Origin: a virus
Lineage: Duplodnaviria > Heunggongvirae > Uroviricota > Caudoviricetes
IMG/VR virus record: IMGVR_UViG_3300029859_000151
Strand: one strand, 5' to 3'
Length of the DNA stretch: 64,000 nt
In this document: piece by piece, positions 1 through 7,905 of the stretch
Position numbering within the stretch: position 1 is the stretch's first letter
Layout: every line of letters begins with the position of its first letter
Notes under the pieces: generated by a model
Seen by the model: only the letters and a program-made list of their open reading frames with translations
Told to the model about the DNA's origin: nothing
The model's database searches: none
Translations under genes and position numbers: made by a program

Positions 1-310
1 TTAAGATAATTTAGCATTTTTTTGGCTCCAACTCGTCCAATCATGTTTCCAGCAAGAATGATTTTTTGTGGAGAAACATTGTGCCGTTTTTGAAAAGAAA
101 GCAATACCTCTAAACTTCCAGATAAATGAGGAATAACATAAAATTCCATAAAATAAATCCTTTCGCTATATTTTCATTAAATTTTCTTTTTTAACATTGT
201 GTTGTTTGATTTTTCATCATTATACAACGAGCAAGAATATTGTGCAAGAATAGAAGTGCTATAAGAGTATTCAAGAAAATATCGTGAATCAGATCCCATA
301 TTTTTCAAGA

Positions 311-322
311 TCTGACATATTA
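311..322 (+). promoter_or_regulatory. phage promoter motif copy (TCTGACATATTA core)
   Basis: exact 12-mer; one of 38 same-strand copies, each 25-60 nt upstream of a + strand start codon. Confidence 0.55.
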
Positions 323-361
323 AAAATATAATGAAAAACATTGAAAAAAGGAGAAAAATAA

Positions 362-544
362 ATGACGAAAAAAGAAATGAGAAAAATGGCTAAAAATAAA
401 TTGTTAGAAAGTATTGCCGTTACATATTATAAGTTAGAAGATGAAAATTTATCAGAAGAGGAGGTTGAACAAATTAGTAAATATATTAATCAGTATGGAG
501 AAGCAATGGCCAAAACAATAGGTGAAAGATATTATACAATGTAA
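362..544 (+). CDS. hypothetical small protein (60 aa)
   Basis: ORF with RBS AAAGGAGAAAAATAA-ATG downstream of promoter motif. Confidence 0.4.
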   Translation: MTKKEMRKMAKNKLLESIAVTYYKLEDENLSEEEVEQISKYINQYGEAMAKTIGERYYTM

Positions 545-562
545 AACTTTATTTTTTGAAAA

Positions 563-574
563 TCTGACATATTA
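563..574 (+). promoter_or_regulatory. phage promoter motif copy
   Basis: TCTGACATATTAAATATAAA; no obvious CDS directly downstream (next gene at 901 has its own copy). Confidence 0.45.
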
Positions 575-740
575 AATATAAATAAAAATAAAAAGGTTTA
601 TGAAAAAAGGAATTGGAAACGTTTTCTCCTAGCTAGGTAAAAATTTATAGTTTAAATTTGACTTTAGGGGATATAACGAAACAAACAAAAACTCAGAAAC
701 TCAGAAAAGTTAAGTAAACTAATCTGAGAAAACAAAAGCT

Positions 741-800
741 AATCTGAGAAAAACAAAAGGCTCCGAGACGAAAGTCCCGGGGCTTTCTTTTTCCTTTTCA
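741..800 (+). terminator. terminator module (copy 1 of duplicated cassette)
   Basis: CTAATCTGAGAAAA(A)CAAAAG x2, then hairpin CCGAGAC-GAAA-GTCCCGG with GAAA tetraloop and U-tract; near-identical copy at 1838-1890. Confidence 0.5.
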
Positions 801-819
801 TTTTTTTATTTTTCAAAGA

Positions 820-831
820 TCTGACATATTA
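820..831 (+). promoter_or_regulatory. phage promoter motif copy + conserved 70-nt leader
   Basis: TCTGACATATTAAATATGAACATTAAAAATGAG..AACTCAAATATTTATGAAAAAAGGAGG; leader cassette also at 1917, 5210, 8540, 11068. Confidence 0.6.
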
Positions 832-900
832 AATATGAACATTAAAAATGAGTTTTTTAAAAACTCAAATATTTATGAAAAAAGGAGGTTACAATATAAA

Positions 901-1575
901 ATGAGTAATATGAAGAACTTGACAGTTGAGTACCAGAGAGGAAATAGAGCGTGCATATTTAATCCTGCAGTAGATGCAATAGTACCATATGCAACAGTGA
1001 ATGGGAAAAAGGCAATGCAGGTATTAGAAGAGCAAAATGCAGTATTGAGACTTGCAGACAATGGAGATACACCATTAGCCGCAGTGTTAACAGCAATAAA
1101 TCGTGGTGGAGTAGAGATAGGCGGGAAAACGTCATGTCGAATAACAAAGGATAGTGGTAGGGTACTATTCTCAAAAAAGAAAGATGGCATACCTATTGTA
1201 GTACAGAACAGTGGAAATAAAAAGATAAAACTCGATAGTGACTTTGTTGAAATGATGAAATATGACACAAGTCATTTTGGATGGGTAATGTACAACATAG
1301 CACAGAATGAAGATGATAAAATACTTCTGATAGAGAAAGACTCATGCAAATATATGGATATGCCTGGGATAGTGCTAAAGCGAAAGAGCATAAAAGAGAG
1401 CAAAGCAATAAAAGAGTCATATAAAATAATGAAAAGCGGAGGGATAGTAACAAAGTATTGTTTAGGCGGCATACAGTATTGCAGTAAGTATGCGCAAGGC
1501 GACGAAATAGAGGCAGCAAAACAGCAAAGAGAACGTACTAGAGCAGGAGTAAGGGCAGCAACAAGACTTGATTAA
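901..1575 (+). CDS. hypothetical protein (224 aa)
   Basis: ATG at 901 follows AAAAAAGGAGG RBS; the track's ATG at 835 lies inside the conserved promoter motif (ATATGAA) and is rejected as a start. Confidence 0.6.
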   Translation: MSNMKNLTVEYQRGNRACIFNPAVDAIVPYATVNGKKAMQVLEEQNAVLRLADNGDTPLAAVLTAINRGGVEIGGKTSCRITKDSGRVLFSKKKDGIPIVVQNSGNKKIKLDSDFVEMMKYDTSHFGWVMYNIAQNEDDKILLIEKDSCKYMDMPGIVLKRKSIKESKAIKESYKIMKSGGIVTKYCLGGIQYCSKYAQGDEIEAAKQQRERTRAGVRAATRLD

Positions 1576-1577
1576 GC

Positions 1578-1763
1578 ATGGAGGAAATAAAAATGTTTGG
1601 AATGATAATGATGTTTATCATCATAGGAGCTGGCGGAGTTGGATTAACATATGTAGGATGTGATACAGATTGTGCAGTTTTAAAATGGATAGGATACGCT
1701 ATAGGAACATTAGCAATTCCAGCAATCATATTGATAGTAAATTTCGCAAGCATAGGCGTTTAG
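1578..1763 (+). CDS. small hydrophobic membrane protein (61 aa)
   Basis: RBS GCATGGAGGAAATAAAA-ATG; almost entirely hydrophobic sequence. Confidence 0.5.
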   Translation: MEEIKMFGMIMMFIIIGAGGVGLTYVGCDTDCAVLKWIGYAIGTLAIPAIILIVNFASIGV

Positions 1764-1837
1764 GAAAAAATGATCACGGTTGAGAAGTTGAGACAATTAT
1801 TTACAATAATGAAGTAAACAAGAGTCCAATAAACTAA

Positions 1838-1890
1838 TCTGAGAAAAACAAAAGGCCCCGAGACGAAAGTTCCGGGTCTTTCTTTTTTGC
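1838..1890 (+). terminator. terminator module (copy 2)
   Basis: AAACTAATCTGAGAAAAACAAAAGGCCCCGAGACGAAAGTTCCGGGTCTTTCTTTTTT; paralogous to 741-800. Confidence 0.5.
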
Positions 1891-1916
1891 TTTTCATTTT
1901 TTTTATTTTTCAAAGA

Positions 1917-1928
1917 TCTGACATATTA
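1917..1928 (+). promoter_or_regulatory. phage promoter motif copy + conserved leader
   Basis: TCTGACATATTAAATATGAACATTAAAAATGAATTC...AAATATTTATGAAAACGGGAGG. Confidence 0.6.
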
Positions 1929-2002
1929 AATATGAACATTAAAAATGAATTCAATGAGAATTCAAATAATTTAAATATTTATGAAAACGGGAGGTTGTTA
2001 TA

Positions 2003-2299
2003 ATGTTACATTTTGAAGCTGGAAATTTATATGAAGTGTGTGAAATAGCAAATCCATTAATTTTAGTTGATAGAGAAAGCAAATCTTTCCGATCAATTAA
2101 CGAGAAGTGCTTGTTCATGGATTCTGTCAGTGGAAAAATTAAAAGTTACGATCCTTTGTTATGGGCGCCGGATGAGTTCACATATGTTAGATGCATTAAT
2201 ACAAATCCATTAACATTTGAGGCATCTAATTGCGATAAGAGTAACACAAATAATGGAAGAAACACAAAGAATTTTATCAAAAAGATTTTGCATTTATAA
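2003..2299 (+). CDS. hypothetical protein (98 aa)
   Basis: ORF after GGGAGG RBS; followed by a strong terminator. Confidence 0.55.
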   Translation: MLHFEAGNLYEVCEIANPLILVDRESKSFRSINEKCLFMDSVSGKIKSYDPLLWAPDEFTYVRCINTNPLTFEASNCDKSNTNNGRNTKNFIKKILHL

Positions 2300-2316
2300 G
2301 TAAAATCAAAAAGGTT

Positions 2317-2346
2317 GAACCCTAAGAGTAATCTTAGGGTTTTTAA
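2317..2346 (+). terminator. rho-independent terminator
   Basis: GAACCCTAAG-AGTAAT-CTTAGGGTT followed by TTTTAATTTTT. Confidence 0.7.
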
Positions 2347-2358
2347 TTTTTGTAAATA

Positions 2359-2370
2359 TCTGACATATTA
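2359..2370 (+). promoter_or_regulatory. phage promoter motif copy
   Basis: ATATCTGACATATTAAAAATAA. Confidence 0.55.
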
Positions 2371-2409
2371 AAAATAACAATAATTCATTGTTTGAGAAAG
2401 GAGAAGGAC

Positions 2410-3351
2410 ATGAAAAAACAACTTCAGAATATTTCTATTGCTGGATGTATTGGAGCAGGAAAAAGCATGATATCTAAAGAACTGGAAAAAGAGGGCTACC
2501 AAATTGTCTCTGCCGGAAGCCTTTTTCGCCAATACGCAAAAGAGCATAATATCTCTATAGAAGAAGCTATTTCCGGCCATACAGAAATTGATACAAAAAT
2601 TGATTCAAATATTGTAAATCTAGGGAAAACAAAATCTGGGATTGTTTTTGACTCTAGAATGGCATGGCATTTTGTGCCAGATAGTTTTAAGGTATTTGTT
2701 TATGCTGATTTGGACGTGGCTGCTGATAGAGTTTTTAAAGCAAATCGTGAAACCGAAAGTTTTCAAACAATTGAAGAATGCAAAAATAATATTTTATCCA
2801 GACAATCAAAAGAACTAGCGAATTATCAAAAAATGTATGGACAAGATTATATGGATAGCAAAAATTATGATTTGATTATTGATTCTACATATGCAACGCC
2901 AGAAGAAGTAGCAAAGAAAATTTTAGAGTGCATTGATCATCCTCATGCAAAATTTCAAATGAATCCCAGGTCTTTATATCCAACTCAGAATATTAGAGAT
3001 TTGTCAGGAGAAATTCTTGATCAATATGTGAAAAAAGAAATTCCTGCTGGCAGTATTAAAATAGGATGTTATGATGGATACTTTGGGGTTACAGATGGGC
3101 ATCACAGATTTTTAGCTGCTGCTATAAATAAAGAGCCTTTTATTTCGGCTGAATTTGATCCTATGCCAGAAAAAACACATATTGTCTCTAAGACCGAAAT
3201 TTATAATTATGAAGACGTTGCTGGATTTTATTATTCAGAATATCCGGAGGATAAAGAAAAATATTGTTTCGTTGAATTTTGTAATGAAAGTCCGGAAATA
3301 ACTGTTGGATTTGAAAAAGAAAAAGAAGATGTATTGGAAGTTGAACCATAG
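2410..3351 (+). CDS. cytidylate-kinase-like P-loop kinase fused to ParB/Srx-like domain (DGHHR motif)
   Basis: N-terminus has Walker A IAGCIGAGKS and SAGSLFRQ, resembling the cytidylate-kinase-like family. C-terminus has GCYDGYFGVTDGHHRFLAA, resembling the ParB/sulfiredoxin (DGQHR-like) fold. ATG at 2410 after GAAAGGAGAAGG RBS. Confidence 0.7.
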   Translation: MKKQLQNISIAGCIGAGKSMISKELEKEGYQIVSAGSLFRQYAKEHNISIEEAISGHTEIDTKIDSNIVNLGKTKSGIVFDSRMAWHFVPDSFKVFVYADLDVAADRVFKANRETESFQTIEECKNNILSRQSKELANYQKMYGQDYMDSKNYDLIIDSTYATPEEVAKKILECIDHPHAKFQMNPRSLYPTQNIRDLSGEILDQYVKKEIPAGSIKIGCYDGYFGVTDGHHRFLAAAINKEPFISAEFDPMPEKTHIVSKTEIYNYEDVAGFYYSEYPEDKEKYCFVEFCNESPEITVGFEKEKEDVLEVEP

Positions 3352-3499
3352 CTTTAACACGCCGTGAGCAAGAAATCCCTCACTTCTATAAGTGGTGGGA
3401 TGAATTGCGATAAACACGGCGTTTACTTAACTTTTATATCTTATAGTATTATAATCTAATTATAAATCAGTCGTATTTGTTAGAAAGGTTGTAAATATA

Positions 3500-3904
3500 A
3501 TGCATTTAGACACAAATAATCATTCGGTGTTCATGTTACATTATCATCTTATCATGTGTGTAAAATATCGTAATAAAGTGATAAATGATGATATCTCTAA
3601 TCGTTTGAAGGAGATATTTATAAAGATGCTCCTACCTATAATATTACGTTAGAAGAATGGAATCACGATATAGACTATGTTCATGTTCTATTTAGAGGGC
3701 AACCAAATACTGAAATCAGTAAATTTATTAATGCTTATAAATCTGCAAGCAGTCGGTTTATCAAAAAAGAATATCCAAAGATTCGCAAATCTCTTTGGAA
3801 AGAGATGTTCTGGTCACAAAGTTTTGCCTACTGACCACAGGTGGAGTTACTACAGATATTATTAAACAATATATTCAATCACAAGGTAAAAAAGATGGCA
3901 AATA
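3500..3904 (+). pseudogene. tnpA: IS200-like Y1 (HUH) transposase TnpA, disrupted by at least two frameshifts
   Basis: translation MHLDTNNHSVFMLHYHLIMCVKYRNKVINDDISNRLKEIF in frame 1 continues as KDAPTYNITLEEWNHDIDYVHVLFRGQPN..SKFINAYKSASSRFIKKEYPKIRKSLWKEMFWSQSF in another frame and ..CLLTTGGVTTDIIKQYIQSQ in a third; total span about 135 codons, equal to full-length TnpA. Confidence 0.65.
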
Positions 3905-5034
3905 AAGCAATTAAATATAGAGTATACCCTACAACTGAACAAAGTATCATGTTTGCAAAAACCTTTGGCTGTTGCCGTAAGGTCTATAATCTTATGCTTT
4001 CTGATAAGATTGAAGGTTATAAAATGACTGGTAAATTTCCAATAGTCACACCTGCTAAATATAAAAATGAATATCCCTATCTTAGAGAAGTAGATAGTCT
4101 TGCTCTTGCCAACAAACAGATGGATTTGCAGGAAGCCTTTCGTAACTGTTTTAGCAGATCTCGTAAAAAGAATAATGGATTTCCTAAATATAAATCTGCA
4201 AAGCATAGCCGTAAAGCATATACTACAAACAATCAGAAAGGTACAATTTCTATTATAGATAACAAATATATCAAACTTCCTAAAATTGGTAAAGTGAAAG
4301 CTGTCATCCATCGTAACCCTGATAGCTATTGGGTTATTAAATCTGCTACTGTATCTCAGGAATCAGATGGAAAATATTATATTTCTATACTTTTTGAATT
4401 TGATAATGTTGTAAATACTTATATAGCCGATAAAGCGAATGCTATCGGATTAGATTATGCTTCTAATGGCTTATATGTGGACAGTAATGGCGATGTAGGC
4501 ACTAACCACAAATACTATCGTGAAAGCCATGATAAACTTGCCAAGGCACAACGGAGATTATCACGCATGCAAGGTTCTAAAAAGGATGAAGAAAAGTCTA
4601 ATAATTACATTAAACAGCTGCGTAAAGTAAACAAAATCCACAGACATATTGCTAATCAGCGTTTAGATAACTTACATAAAATATCTACTGAGATAGCCAA
4701 TCAGTACGATGTTGTTTGCGTGGAAAGTCTAAACATGAAAGCTATGTCCAATAAGGGATTTGGAAACGGTAAGGCTACTCTTGACAATGGATATGGCATG
4801 TTTCTGTCGATGCTTAAATATAAGCTGACTGATAGAAATAAGTATCTTGTAAAAGTAGATAAATGGTTTCCGTCATCACAAATATGTCATTGCTGCGGTG
4901 CATTACATCCCGAAATGAAGAATTTAGCAATCCGTACAATGAAATGTGATTGCGGTCTTACAATCAGTCGTGACCAGAACGCAGCTATCAATATATTACA
5001 GGAAGGATTACAGATTCTGACTGAAGCAGCATAG
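3895..5034 (+). CDS. tnpB: TnpB (RuvC-like RNA-guided nuclease family, OrfB_IS605) with C-terminal zinc finger
   Basis: MANKAIKYRVYPT N-terminus; RuvC-like blocks IGLDYASNG, VVCVESLNMK, RDQNAAINIL; CHCCG..CDCG zinc finger; start overlaps the tnpA end. Confidence 0.85.
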   Translation: MANKAIKYRVYPTTEQSIMFAKTFGCCRKVYNLMLSDKIEGYKMTGKFPIVTPAKYKNEYPYLREVDSLALANKQMDLQEAFRNCFSRSRKKNNGFPKYKSAKHSRKAYTTNNQKGTISIIDNKYIKLPKIGKVKAVIHRNPDSYWVIKSATVSQESDGKYYISILFEFDNVVNTYIADKANAIGLDYASNGLYVDSNGDVGTNHKYYRESHDKLAKAQRRLSRMQGSKKDEEKSNNYIKQLRKVNKIHRHIANQRLDNLHKISTEIANQYDVVCVESLNMKAMSNKGFGNGKATLDNGYGMFLSMLKYKLTDRNKYLVKVDKWFPSSQICHCCGALHPEMKNLAIRTMKCDCGLTISRDQNAAINILQEGLQILTEAA

Positions 5035-5175
5035 CAAAATCAAATATATAGTAGGGATGGAATTGACCCGAACTTATACGCCTGTGGACATTGCGTAAGG
5101 CATGTGGCTGCATAACATTGCAGCCAACGCAGTAGTGGCTGAAGCAGGAAGCCCCGACTTCTATAAGTCGGAGTA
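5035..5175 (+). ncRNA. probable TnpB-associated omega-RNA / right-end structured region
   Basis: immediately 3' of tnpB; multiple hairpins (TGCAGCCAACGCAGTAGTGGCTGAAGCAGG, CCCCGACTTCTATAAGTCGGAG) ending at the IS right end. Confidence 0.4.
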
Positions 5176-5209
5176 GTTCACAATTTTAACTCTTCTTATA
5201 TTTTGAAAA

Positions 5210-5221
5210 TCTGACATATTA
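5210..5221 (+). promoter_or_regulatory. phage promoter motif copy + conserved leader
   Basis: sits immediately outside the IS right end; TCTGACATATTAAATATGAACATTAAAAATGAGTTTTTTTAAAACTCAAATATTTATGAAAAAAGGAG. Confidence 0.6.
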
Positions 5222-5285
5222 AATATGAACATTAAAAATGAGTTTTTTTAAAACTCAAATATTTATGAAAAAAGGAGAAACGGAA

Positions 5286-5480
5286 ATGAAAGAACAACGT
5301 TTATATGTATGTGAAATGCGTGGAACTAAATACAATGAGAAGGAACGTGCATTAGATTGTGAAAAGGCACATATGCGTCCAGTTGGTTTTGCGGGAATGA
5401 AATTTCATGCAAATGCGACTATTCCTGATTGGGTAGAGGTAACTTTTCCAGATGGATCAAACTGTAGATATAAACATTAA
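5286..5480 (+). CDS. hypothetical protein (64 aa)
   Basis: ATG after GGAGAAACGGAA; the track's upstream ATG lies within the leader motif. Confidence 0.5.
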   Translation: MKEQRLYVCEMRGTKYNEKERALDCEKAHMRPVGFAGMKFHANATIPDWVEVTFPDGSNCRYKH

Positions 5481-5566
5481 AGAGAAAAAAGTGCGTAGGA
5501 TAAAAAAAGTATGCAAAAAATTAACTGAGCACTGCATTTATGGAAAGGTATAAAGGAGAGTAAATA

Positions 5567-5881
5567 ATGAAGAAAGAAATTATTGTCAAATTTGAAGATA
5601 AAGATTTTGAATTGCTTAAAGGCGATATTCCTAGTAGCCCTTGCCGAAGATGTACACCGGCCGAAAGAGCAGCTTGTTGTGGATGCCCTAAAGAAAGAGA
5701 ATACAGACAGAAAATGCAACCTTTTATTGATGCTGGTATTGAAGAGTATGCTGATGTATTCTTGGATTTATATGAAGAGTTGGATGATCTTCGCAATATT
5801 AAAAAAGAGATACAGTCCAATATTGAATCTTTGCCTGGGGAACTCAGAAAATTAGCTAAAAGTATTTTCCAAATGGATTAA
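5567..5881 (+). CDS. hypothetical Cys-rich protein (104 aa)
   Basis: RBS AAAGGAGAGTAAATA-ATG; CRRC..CCGC cluster. Confidence 0.5.
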   Translation: MKKEIIVKFEDKDFELLKGDIPSSPCRRCTPAERAACCGCPKEREYRQKMQPFIDAGIEEYADVFLDLYEELDDLRNIKKEIQSNIESLPGELRKLAKSIFQMD

Positions 5882-5998
5882 ATTGTAAATATGAAAGATA
5901 AGGAGAAGAAATTATGCGGAATATGAAAAAAATTGGCAAATAAACAGGATATCGTTCGTTTTTCTATTTTACATCCAATTAAAAAGGAGAAATAGCTT

Positions 5999-6274
5999 AT
6001 GGAAAAAGATTTTATGAATCCCCCAATGAATTTGTCAGAGACGATTACAGAACTTCCAAAACATGCTGTTGTATCTATTTGCGGAAACAGAGTGACGGCA
6101 GCCATTCCATCAGAGAATATGATTCTTATCAATAATCTTCTTAATGCGATTGTGAAATGCACTGATATTCCTAAAGAACAGTATGAAGACTGGTTGAAAC
6201 AGGAAATCGGAATGGATGACCGAAAGATCGCTGAATTGAAAAGATTTCAATGTTTCCCGGAGCCTGCTGCATGA
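5999..6274 (+). CDS. hypothetical protein (91 aa)
   Basis: RBS AAAAAGGAGAAATAGCTT-ATG. Confidence 0.45.
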   Translation: MEKDFMNPPMNLSETITELPKHAVVSICGNRVTAAIPSENMILINNLLNAIVKCTDIPKEQYEDWLKQEIGMDDRKIAELKRFQCFPEPAA

Positions 6275-6395
6275 AAAAAGTTATTAAAATCTTAAAAAAG
6301 ATATTCATAGGGATGTTTGTTCTCTTTGTTGTAGATACCACAAAAGAGACAATTAACGTTCGAAAAGAGCGGATGCGCAAGAGGGAAAAATCATG
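6272..6395 (+). CDS. small membrane peptide (41 aa)
   Basis: ATGA overlap with upstream stop; one predicted TM helix; below the 60-aa track cutoff. Confidence 0.3.
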
Positions 6396-6556
6396 AATGC
6401 TAACAACTTTCTTTTTGTCGCAGAATCCCTTCTAAATGCCATTGTATTTTTATTGGTCTTTGCGCCGGTGGTTATACTTTGGCTAGAAGAGGATCTGCTT
6501 GTTAATAAAAAACGTAAAAAAGATAAAAAGAAACATCATAAAAAAACGTCCGAGTA
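6394..6556 (+). CDS. small membrane peptide (54 aa) with basic tail
   Basis: ATGA overlap; hydrophobic core then KKRKKDKKKHHKK. Confidence 0.35.
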
Positions 6557-6585
6557 GTAATACTGCCCGGGCGTTTTGCATTGTC
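6546..6585. terminator. bidirectional terminator between convergent genes
   Basis: AAAAAAACGTCCGAG..CCCGGGCGTTTTGC hairpin with A-tract on one side and U-tract on the other. Confidence 0.55.
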
Positions 6586-7427
6586 TATTTTTGCAAAGAT
6601 GGATAATCCTCGTATTTATAGTGAAATCCTCTGGGTGTTCCAGCGAAATAAATTGCTGTTTCGCCATAATAAGTAATAAATTTATCAGTGTTGTTGATAG
6701 AAGTAATGGTATCTGGATTTCCAATTCTATCAAATGATCTCCAGAAATCAGCAGGCTCGCCCCAAAAACCATTATTGTATTCCTTGGCCTCATTCAATAA
6801 TGTGTGTAATGGACCACTAAGAGGAGCTTCTTTATTAACATCTTTTCCTAATTGAGCTAATATAAATGTTATTCCAAGTGAAACGATGCCAGCTAATGGA
6901 GTATACATATAAATAACTTTTTGAATATCATCTGATGAGGAACTAAATTCTCCCGTATGTATTTCATAAAAAATAACTAGCCCTAGCCCAGCCATTAAAA
7001 GTAAAAAGAAATAAACAGCCTGAAGAAATCGTTCGCCAAAACTTTGTTTTACAATAAATGACCGGAAAGCAGAACTTATACATTCGAGAATTAGGCAAAA
7101 TAAATAAATAGGTGAATACAAAATAGCCTTAAAGATAATTTTTCGTCTTTTTTTTGCTCTAAATCTAAATTTATGTTTTTCTCCATCGATTGTATCAATA
7201 TTGACTGTATCATAAATAGATAATGGATCATGATTATTCTCATAATAATTAACTAAACAATGGTAAAAAGACCCGCTTCCTTTAGAAATGGGGCAAAGCA
7301 TTTCACAATAGTGTAATTTAAGTTTACCACCATTATCTCTTATTTCTTTTTGCTTCATAGCTTCCATTATCAATTCATCTGTTATATGGTTCGGAGCAAT
7401 ATATGCTCCATTTTTTATCCGTGACAT
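6585..7427 (-). CDS. membrane protein (280 aa), opposite-strand moron-like gene
   Basis: N-terminal soluble part with HYCEMLCPISKGSGSFYHC; 3-4 hydrophobic helices in the middle; C-terminal domain. One of only three substantial minus-strand genes in the window. Confidence 0.6.
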   Translation of the reverse strand: MSRIKNGAYIAPNHITDELIMEAMKQKEIRDNGGKLKLHYCEMLCPISKGSGSFYHCLVNYYENNHDPLSIYDTVNIDTIDGEKHKFRFRAKKRRKIIFKAILYSPIYLFCLILECISSAFRSFIVKQSFGERFLQAVYFFLLLMAGLGLVIFYEIHTGEFSSSSDDIQKVIYMYTPLAGIVSLGITFILAQLGKDVNKEAPLSGPLHTLLNEAKEYNNGFWGEPADFWRSFDRIGNPDTITSINNTDKFITYYGETAIYFAGTPRGFHYKYEDYPSLQK

Positions 7428-7630
7428 AAATTCCCTTCTCTCTATTTTCTTGTTATATACCTTATATTTGTTTTACGTTCTATATTTTGCAATTTATTTC
7501 ACAATCAATATTATATTTATTTTATCTAATATGTCAGAAGAATGCAATGCAGAAAATCGGTACAACAACTTTTGAATTGTTTTAAATCAAATGCATATCT
7601 ATAAGCAAAAGTACGTATTGCTTATTTTGT

Positions 7631-7642
7631 TTTTTTAAAATC
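7631..7642 (+). promoter_or_regulatory. phage promoter motif copy
   Basis: TCTGACATATTAAATATGAATTTTAGATTATGAAAAAAGGAGG; the RBS-like leader is not followed by a start codon. Confidence 0.5.
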
Positions 7643-7687
7643 TGACATATTAAATATGAATTTTAGATTATGAAAAAAGGAGGAAAT

Positions 7688-7754
7688 TTATAATTTAGCT
7701 GGCAAAGCTTCGAAGCTTTAGCTTCGGGGATGCCAGCCAGCCTTTTGCGAAACC
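7688..7754 (+). other. structured leader / candidate RNA element (two strong hairpins)
   Basis: hairpin 7688..7727 (GCTGGCA..AAGCTTCGAAGCTT..TGCCAGC); hairpin 7737..7754 (GCGAAAC-CTAA-GTTTCGC); between a promoter copy and the CDS at 7906. Confidence 0.4.
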
Positions 7755-7905
7755 TAAGTTTCGCTAACTTAAAATTTAGTTTTTACTTGAAAATGCATAT
7801 ATTTTGCTATATAGCATGTATATATTAAATTATCGATGAGATGAAGAATAATGAAAAGATCATATAGTAAATACATGATTCATTAGATTGAAGGGATGTC
7901 TAATT

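Larger units (their letters stand above)
3355..5175 (+). mobile_element. IS200/IS605-family insertion sequence (tnpA pseudogene + tnpB + structured ends)
   Basis: overlapping tnpA/tnpB arrangement. Subterminal hairpins carry the shared CTTCTATAAGT motif at both ends: 3395-3410 (CACTTCTATAAGTGG) and 5150-5170 (CCCCGACTTCTATAAGTCGGAG). GC content departs from the surrounding phage DNA. Confidence 0.75.

Noticed and set aside
835-900. ATG codons inside the conserved promoter/leader (track starts at 835, 5238, 8568, 11083, 17719, 34649) as translation starts
   Set aside because: These ATGs are part of the repeated ATATGAA motif and are not preceded by an RBS; a GGAGG-type RBS precedes a downstream in-frame ATG in every case.
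873-1753. Minus-strand track ORFs 873..1268, 959..1174, 1193..1519, 1272..1472, 1538..1753
   Set aside because: They fully overlap well-supported + strand genes, lack RBS and promoter, and are typical shadow ORFs in AT-rich DNA.
3677-3865. 62-aa ORF
   Set aside because: It is simply one reading-frame segment of the frameshifted tnpA pseudogene, not an independent gene.
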